The position numbers and the translations under genes were made by a program. Positions 58,649 through 64,000 of a DNA stretch of 64,000 bases are shown here, piece by piece (the first letter of the stretch is position 1; every line of letters starts with the position of its first letter). This DNA is from an uncultured Acetatifactor sp. (GTDB taxonomy: Bacteria > Bacillota > Clostridia > Lachnospirales > Lachnospiraceae): positions 60,158-124,157 of the forward strand of contig CAJTOJ010000007.1 in NCBI GenBank assembly GCA_910577665.1, given 5' to 3'. The notes under the pieces were generated by a model that did no database searches, had not been told where the DNA came from, and saw nothing but the letters and a program-made list of their open reading frames with translations.

Positions 58649-59794
58649 CTATTCTTCTTTTCTCCACACCATCTTATTTACAATCCCTGTGTAACTCTGT
58701 ATAATTTTTACCACTTTCGTGCTGACATTCTCGTCCACATAATTGGGCACATCCACCCCCAGGTCACCTGCCGCATTCATCTCCACTGCCATGTCTACTG
58801 CCTGGAGAACCTGTGTGGAAGTGATACTTCCCAGTATAAAATTTCCCTTGTCGATGGCCTCTGGCCGCTCTGTAGATGTCCGGATACACACTGCAGGAAA
58901 GGGTGTTCCTTTTGTGTTGAAATAGGAAGCTTCCTCTGGCAGGGTCCCGCTATCGGAGACCACACAGAAAGCATGCATCTGCAGATGATTATAGTCAGAA
59001 AATCCAAAGGGCTGCAGACTCCTAACCAGGGGGTGGAACCGGAAATTCCTCTGTTCAATGAATTTTTTACTTCTGGGATGGGTACTGTAAATGATAGGCA
59101 TCTGATATGTCTCTGCCATGGTATTAACCGCTTCCATCAAGGCAAAAAAATTCTTCTCCTGGTCAATATTTTCCTCCCGGTGTGCAGACAGCAGGATATA
59201 TTTTCCTTTCTCCAACCCCAATGTCTCCAGCACCTTACTGGCCTTTATTTTCTCCATGTTGGCAGAAAGCACTTCCGCCATGGGTGAACCAGTCACATAG
59301 GTTCTCTCCCTGGCTGTCCCTTCTGCATTCAGATATCTCCTGGCATGTTCACTGTAGCAGAGGTTCACGTCCGCAATGTGATCTACAATGCGCCTGTTGG
59401 TCTCCTCTGGCAGATTCTCATCAAAGCAGCGGTTTCCTGCCTCCATATGGAAAATAGGGATCTTCAAGCGCTTTGCAGAAATGGCGGCCAGGGCAGAATT
59501 GGTATCTCCCAGTACCAGGAAGGCATCCGGTGCCAGCCTGGTCATCAGCCCGTAACTTTTTGCAATTATATTGCCAATGGTCTCCCCCAGGTCACCACCC
59601 ACGGCATCCAGATAGTAATCCGGCTGCCGCAATCCCAGATCCTCAAAAAAGATCTGGTTCAAAGTATAGTCGTAATTCTGTCCTGTATGTACCAGGATCT
59701 GATCAAAATACCGATCACACTTCTTGATCACCTCAGAGAGCCGGATAATCTCCGGCCTGGTGCCAATGATGGTCATTACTTTTAATTTCTCCAC
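58649..59794 (-). CDS. fnlC: Non-hydrolysing UDP-HexNAc 2-epimerase (FnlC/CapG/WbjD)
   Basis: GTRPEIIRL, HTGQNYD, HMEAGNRCFD, HREEN, SDSGT..E, TERPE; GTG start after AGGAG. Confidence 0.88.
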   Translation of the reverse strand: MEKLKVMTIIGTRPEIIRLSEVIKKCDRYFDQILVHTGQNYDYTLNQIFFEDLGLRQPDYYLDAVGGDLGETIGNIIAKSYGLMTRLAPDAFLVLGDTNSALAAISAKRLKIPIFHMEAGNRCFDENLPEETNRRIVDHIADVNLCYSEHARRYLNAEGTARERTYVTGSPMAEVLSANMEKIKASKVLETLGLEKGKYILLSAHREENIDQEKNFFALMEAVNTMAETYQMPIIYSTHPRSKKFIEQRNFRFHPLVRSLQPFGFSDYNHLQMHAFCVVSDSGTLPEEASYFNTKGTPFPAVCIRTSTERPEAIDKGNFILGSITSTQVLQAVDMAVEMNAAGDLGVDVPNYVDENVSTKVVKIIQSYTGIVNKMVWRKEE

Positions 59795-59914
59795 TGCTTT
59801 TTCTCCTATAAGGCCTGCCTGGAAGTTACCTGCCTGCATATCGGCCTTGGGTTTTCCCTGTTACAGACCGGTCGTTTTCCTACACAAATGTCACTGCTCT
59901 CCAGTAGCAGGACG

Positions 59915-61042
59915 CTATTCTATCGTCTCTACAGCCTCGTAAATCGTATCCGGCTTTCCCGGACGAAAGCACTCATTACACCACATCAGTGTTACCATAT
60001 CCGTATCCCCTTCGTTTACGATGGAATGGGTGTAGCCAGTGGGAATGTCCACCACTTCCAGCTTGTCCCCGCTGACATGGTATTCCAGAATCTCCTGGCT
60101 TCCATGCTTCCGGAAGCGGATCACCCCTCTGCCGCTGACCACCACAAATTTCTCATTCTTGGTATGGTGCCAGTGGTTTCCTTTGGTAATCCCAGGTCTG
60201 GAGATGTTGATGGATACCTGGCCCCTGTCAGCACTTTTCAATATCTCTGTGAAGCTTCCCCGCCCATCCTCATGCATCAGAAGCGGATAGGAAAACTGGT
60301 CTTCTGGCAGGTAACTCAAGTAGGTACTGTATAACTTTTTCTCAAAGCTGCCTTCTGTCATGTCCGGAATCATCAGATTCTGCCTGCTCTCCCGGAAACT
60401 GTACAGCAGATTCACAATCTCACCCAGGGTAGCCTCATGTACCACAGGCACATAGCAATAGCCATCACTGTTCACATGGGGATGACGATCCAGGGCCTGC
60501 AACAGTTCCTCCACCACATCGTCAATATAGACCAGATGCAACACCGTGCTTCTGTCGTTCACCTGTATCGGCAGGCCGTGGGCGATGTTGTGACAGAATG
60601 TGGCTACTGCACTATTGTAATTGGGCCGGCACCACTTGCCAAACACATTGGGAAAACGGTAGGTATAAACAGGGGCATCCACCTGCTGCCCATAGGCATA
60701 CAGCATGTCCTCCCCTGCCTTCTTACTCTGGCCATAAGGGTTCTCCAGAGCTGCCTGGATGGAGGAGGAATTCATGATGGGGCAGTTGTTGCCATGACGC
60801 TTCAGCGTCTCCACAAGGGTGGTTGCAAAGCCGAAATTCCCCTCCATAAATTCTTCCACATGCTCCGGGCGGTTGACCCCTGCCAGGTTGTATACGAAGT
60901 CGCACTCTGCACAATACTGGTCCAGAAGCTCCGGAGGCGTATCCAGTTCGTAGGGCAGGACTCTCACGCCTTCCCGCCTCTCTAATTCCGCAATCAGATT
61001 CCTGCCGATGAAGCCGGCAGAGCCGGTGACTAGAACATTCAT
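59915..61042 (-). CDS. fnlB: FnlB/CapF/WbjC reductase with cupin domain
   Basis: GSAGFIG, LAGVNRP, FGKWCRPNYNS, KGNHWHHTKNEKF. Confidence 0.9.
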   Translation of the reverse strand: MNVLVTGSAGFIGRNLIAELERREGVRVLPYELDTPPELLDQYCAECDFVYNLAGVNRPEHVEEFMEGNFGFATTLVETLKRHGNNCPIMNSSSIQAALENPYGQSKKAGEDMLYAYGQQVDAPVYTYRFPNVFGKWCRPNYNSAVATFCHNIAHGLPIQVNDRSTVLHLVYIDDVVEELLQALDRHPHVNSDGYCYVPVVHEATLGEIVNLLYSFRESRQNLMIPDMTEGSFEKKLYSTYLSYLPEDQFSYPLLMHEDGRGSFTEILKSADRGQVSINISRPGITKGNHWHHTKNEKFVVVSGRGVIRFRKHGSQEILEYHVSGDKLEVVDIPTGYTHSIVNEGDTDMVTLMWCNECFRPGKPDTIYEAVETIE

Positions 61043-62082
61043 CTCTTATTCTCCCACTCTGCAATCTCATCCCTGATATAGGAAAGCGTCAGCAGTTTCT
61101 CCTTCACCTGTTCCACATCCATCAAAGTGGTATTGTTGGAATTGAACTCTGACAGCTCTGTCCTCTTCAGATTACCATCCGTAAAATATTTGTCATAATT
61201 CAAGTCACGCTTGTCCGCAGGCACCCGGTAGAAATGCCCCATGTCAATGGCATGGGCACATTCTTCGTTTGTCAGCAGCGTCTCATACATCTTCTCCCCG
61301 TGCCGGATGCCGATAACCTTGATCTCATTGTCCACATGAAACAGCTCCTTCACCGCCTGGGCTAACACCCCGATGGTACAGGCAGGCGCTTTCTGCACCA
61401 TGATATCCCCGCTCTCGGCATTCTGGAAGGCATAGACCACCAGCTCCACCGCCTCCTCCAGGGACATCACAAACCGGGTCATGGAAGGTTCCGTCAGGGT
61501 AAGCGGTTTTCCCTCCTTGATCTGGCTGATAAACAGGGGAACCACAGACCCCCTGGAACAGAGCACATTCCCGTATCTGGTGCAACAAATGCTTGTCTCC
61601 TGGGGGGACACTGTCCTGGCCTTGGCCACAATCACTTTCTCCATCATGGCCTTGGAAGTGCCCATGGCATTTACCGGGTAGGCTGCCTTGTCTGTGGAGA
61701 GACAGATGACCTTCTCCACCCCCGCCTCCACGGCACACTGGAGTACATTCTCCGTGCCCAGCACATTGGTCTTCACTGCCTCTATGGGAAAGAATTCGCA
61801 GGAGGGCACCTGCTTCAAGGCCGCCGCATGGAAGATATAGTCCACCCCATGCATGGCCTTCGCAATGCTCTGGGGATCCCGGACATCGCCAATGTAAAAT
61901 TTCAGCTTGTTGCTATATTCCGGGTATTCCCGCTGGTAGAAATGGCGCATATCGTCCTGCTTCAGTTCATCCCGGGAGAAAATGCGGATCTCCCCAATGT
62001 CTGTGGCCAGGAAACGCCTAAGTACGGCGTTGCCAAATGAGCCGGTGCCACCGGTGATCAGTAAGGTTTTTTCTGTAAACAT
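61039..62082 (-). CDS. fnlA: UDP-GlcNAc 4,6-dehydratase/5-epimerase (FnlA/CapE/WbjB)
   Basis: TGGTGSFG, AALKQVPSCEF, STDKAAYP.NAMG.SK (Met in place of Tyr, CapE type), GIRHGEK, RDLNY. Confidence 0.9.
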   Translation of the reverse strand: MFTEKTLLITGGTGSFGNAVLRRFLATDIGEIRIFSRDELKQDDMRHFYQREYPEYSNKLKFYIGDVRDPQSIAKAMHGVDYIFHAAALKQVPSCEFFPIEAVKTNVLGTENVLQCAVEAGVEKVICLSTDKAAYPVNAMGTSKAMMEKVIVAKARTVSPQETSICCTRYGNVLCSRGSVVPLFISQIKEGKPLTLTEPSMTRFVMSLEEAVELVVYAFQNAESGDIMVQKAPACTIGVLAQAVKELFHVDNEIKVIGIRHGEKMYETLLTNEECAHAIDMGHFYRVPADKRDLNYDKYFTDGNLKRTELSEFNSNNTTLMDVEQVKEKLLTLSYIRDEIAEWENKR

Positions 62083-62161
62083 GATTGTCCTCCGTTTGTT
62101 TTTTATCTATGTTTATTGTCTTCGATTTATCTGCTTTTAGTCCTATTTGTATGGCTTTCTC

Positions 62162-62575
62162 TCACGTCCAGCCCTCATCCTGTTCTTCTTTCTCTGCTTT
62201 TTCCAACACATCCAAGAATACATCAAAAGCAGGAAGGAAGCTATCCCGGATCAAGACAATTGTCTCATCAATTTCCTCCTCATCATATACATGCACAGAT
62301 AAATTACTCTTTTTCAGCATAAGCAGCCATACCTCAGGGTCAGAAATCCAGCCTGCCCCATACCCTGCTTTCAGAATTTCCCTGGGCGATCCCGTCTCCG
62401 CTTCCATGACAGAATATTCCCGCAGCATGCCCTGTAACGCCTTCCACGCAAGTTCAAATGTTAAGCCAAACTGACCTATAATGCCAGTTCTGTATATGTC
62501 GTCTTCCCCAGCCCGCAAAAAATCCGCATTCTTAAGTATTTCCAGGCAATTCTGGAAATTATCTGTTTTTCTCAT
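62162..62575 (-). CDS. HEPN-type nucleotidyltransferase substrate-binding protein (HI0074-like)
   Basis: G.I.QF.LTFELAWK, GSPRE, SNLSVHVYD (usual RN...H.Y); overlaps the MNT gene. Confidence 0.85.
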   Translation of the reverse strand: MRKTDNFQNCLEILKNADFLRAGEDDIYRTGIIGQFGLTFELAWKALQGMLREYSVMEAETGSPREILKAGYGAGWISDPEVWLLMLKKSNLSVHVYDEEEIDETIVLIRDSFLPAFDVFLDVLEKAEKEEQDEGWT

Positions 62576-62852
62576 AGATTACAATACCATCCCTGTCAAT
62601 TTCTTCCTGTAGTTCTGCCGTAGTCCCCTTATCAAGCTCAACGATGTCAAAAGAAAGCAGTGACCACACTTTTTCATGTATATCCCAATAGAATTCCGAC
62701 ACATCGCCACCTGTTACGGCAAGATCTATGTCACTTCTCTCACTGTGTGTGCCCCTTGCCCGGGAACCAAACAGAATGATTTTCTGAATGTTATGTTTCC
62801 CGGCCAGAAAACGAATATCCTTCATGACCCTGTCCGGAATGTTATGCTTCAT
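62559..62852 (-). CDS. Minimal nucleotidyltransferase (MNT, HI0073-like)
   Basis: LFGSRARG.....SDIDLAV, FDIV, EI.RDG. Confidence 0.88.
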   Translation of the reverse strand: MKHNIPDRVMKDIRFLAGKHNIQKIILFGSRARGTHSERSDIDLAVTGGDVSEFYWDIHEKVWSLLSFDIVELDKGTTAELQEEIDRDGIVIYEKNR

Positions 62853-63067
62853 ACCTTGTTTCTGCCCATTTCCCGGCATTGCCTTCCACAATCAGCACCT
62901 CTTTTCCCTAATGACAGCCATCTGACCCATGACCATTTGGTTAAGGATATGATAACAGCTATCACGCAAGAATGCAAAAGATATTTAGTCAATTCCGCCC
63001 TTTGTTTATCTGGCAGATTATAAATGTCATCCCTTGTATAAGATTTTAACTCTCTTGTTGCATCCAT
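62849..63067 (-). pseudogene. Probable truncated Uma2-family endonuclease remnant
   Basis: YTRDDIYNLPDKQRAEL resembles the Uma2 N-terminus (YT..DI..LP.G.RAELIDG); similarity then stops. Confidence 0.5.
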
Positions 63068-63349
63068 GCATTCTTTTCTTTTCCATTTCTTTCCACTGGC
63101 TATATTTTATCAGTCCATTTACAGCTTTCCCATTTCCTGCTTCATCTGATCATAGAAATTTTCCCTCATTCCAACCTGGTTTATCGTATATAATTTCCTT
63201 CTACATGTCAAGATACACCCTTTTTCATTATGCAATGATCAAATAGCGCATTTGTTACTGTACAGTAACACGCATTAATATTGGCAATTTCGCTGCTCAC
63301 AGAAGCTCTTCTCTTCAAGCACCTTTTGTGGTAAAATAAGGGTATCTGA

Positions 63350-63883
63350 ATAGTCAAGAAAGTCTTTACAGAGCAGATATACGAATGGTTCCAGGAAGAA
63401 GTCCGCAAGGAAACGCCGAAGCTGGATGCTTTCTGCGCTGCATTTGAGCAGGCTGATCCGGTAACGGTTGAGCGCCTTTTTACCGAATACTTAAAGAAGA
63501 CAATCAGTATCCGTGATACTGGCATCAGAAAAAACAAAAAAGAGAATTTCTACCATGGTATACTTTTAGGCCTCTTAAGCCACCGCGAGGACTGGATCAT
63601 CATATCCAACGCGGAGTCTGGGGAGGGCTTCAGCGATATCCTGATAGAAAGCGAGGGAAGCGGTACAGGGATCGTAATTGAAATAAAATATCCGGACGAT
63701 GGAAATCTGGAGGTTGGATGTCAGAATGCCCTGGCACAGATTGAAGAAAAAGGATACGCAACACGCCTTTTGCAGGACGGGATGAAGAATGTCATCAAAT
63801 ATAGGATCGCCTGCTATAAAAAACATGCAAGGCAACTTGTCAATTTGAAATCATATAAAACAAGCGCAAAACAAAGCATGTGA
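63350..63883 (+). pseudogene. Start-less C-terminal fragment of an AAA/PD-(D/E)XK gene (absent from the ORF track)
   Basis: Hand translation after TGA 63347 gives EWFQEE...TISIRDT...KENFYHGILLGLLSHREDW...SNAESG.GFSDIL...ALAQIEEKGY, closely matching the C-terminus of 56841..58559; stop at 63881-63883. Confidence 0.85.
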
Positions 63884-64000
63884 ATGTATGTATATTTCCT
63901 GCTCACATGCTTTATTTTATGCTTTTGTTCATTTCACCTCTACCTCCGGATTCCTGATAGTATATAAAATCCGAAAGTTCTGGCTACTATATCAGGCTTT

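Noticed and set aside
61039..62082. Calling this gene pseB
   Set aside because: NAMG.SK and PSCEF motifs and linkage to fnlB and fnlC identify the CapE/FnlA type.

Overview
This 64 kb window looks like a Firmicute chromosome segment; gene families and sigma-A-type promoters suggest Lachnospiraceae/Clostridia (inference). About 52 kb (1-52.5 kb) is one large, mostly minus-strand surface-glycan locus. It holds pseudaminic-acid genes (pseC, pseH-like, pseG, pseI, pseF; no pseB) with an embedded FkbH plus acyl-carrier-protein pair, a sialyltransferase-motif glycosyltransferase, a PglK-like ABC exporter, wecE, a second DegT aminotransferase, an FAD oxidoreductase, six GT2 enzymes, three membrane-anchored SGNH proteins and 17 multi-TM proteins (most GT-C-like) plus one deleted remnant. 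Next (52.7-56.7 kb) is a BlaI-type repressor with two convergent M56 peptidase paralogues that lack a penicillin-binding sensor and flank a small secreted Trp-rich protein; both units have matching promoters. The right end holds an AAA-ATPase/PD-(D/E)XK gene, fnlABC (capEFG-like), an MNT/HEPN pair with an altered HEPN motif, and remnants of Uma2 and AAA/PD-(D/E)XK genes. I saw no rRNA, tRNA, CRISPR array or transposase. Family calls come from motif recognition by eye, not from database searches. Several start codons were moved from the ORF track using RBS position and gene overlaps.
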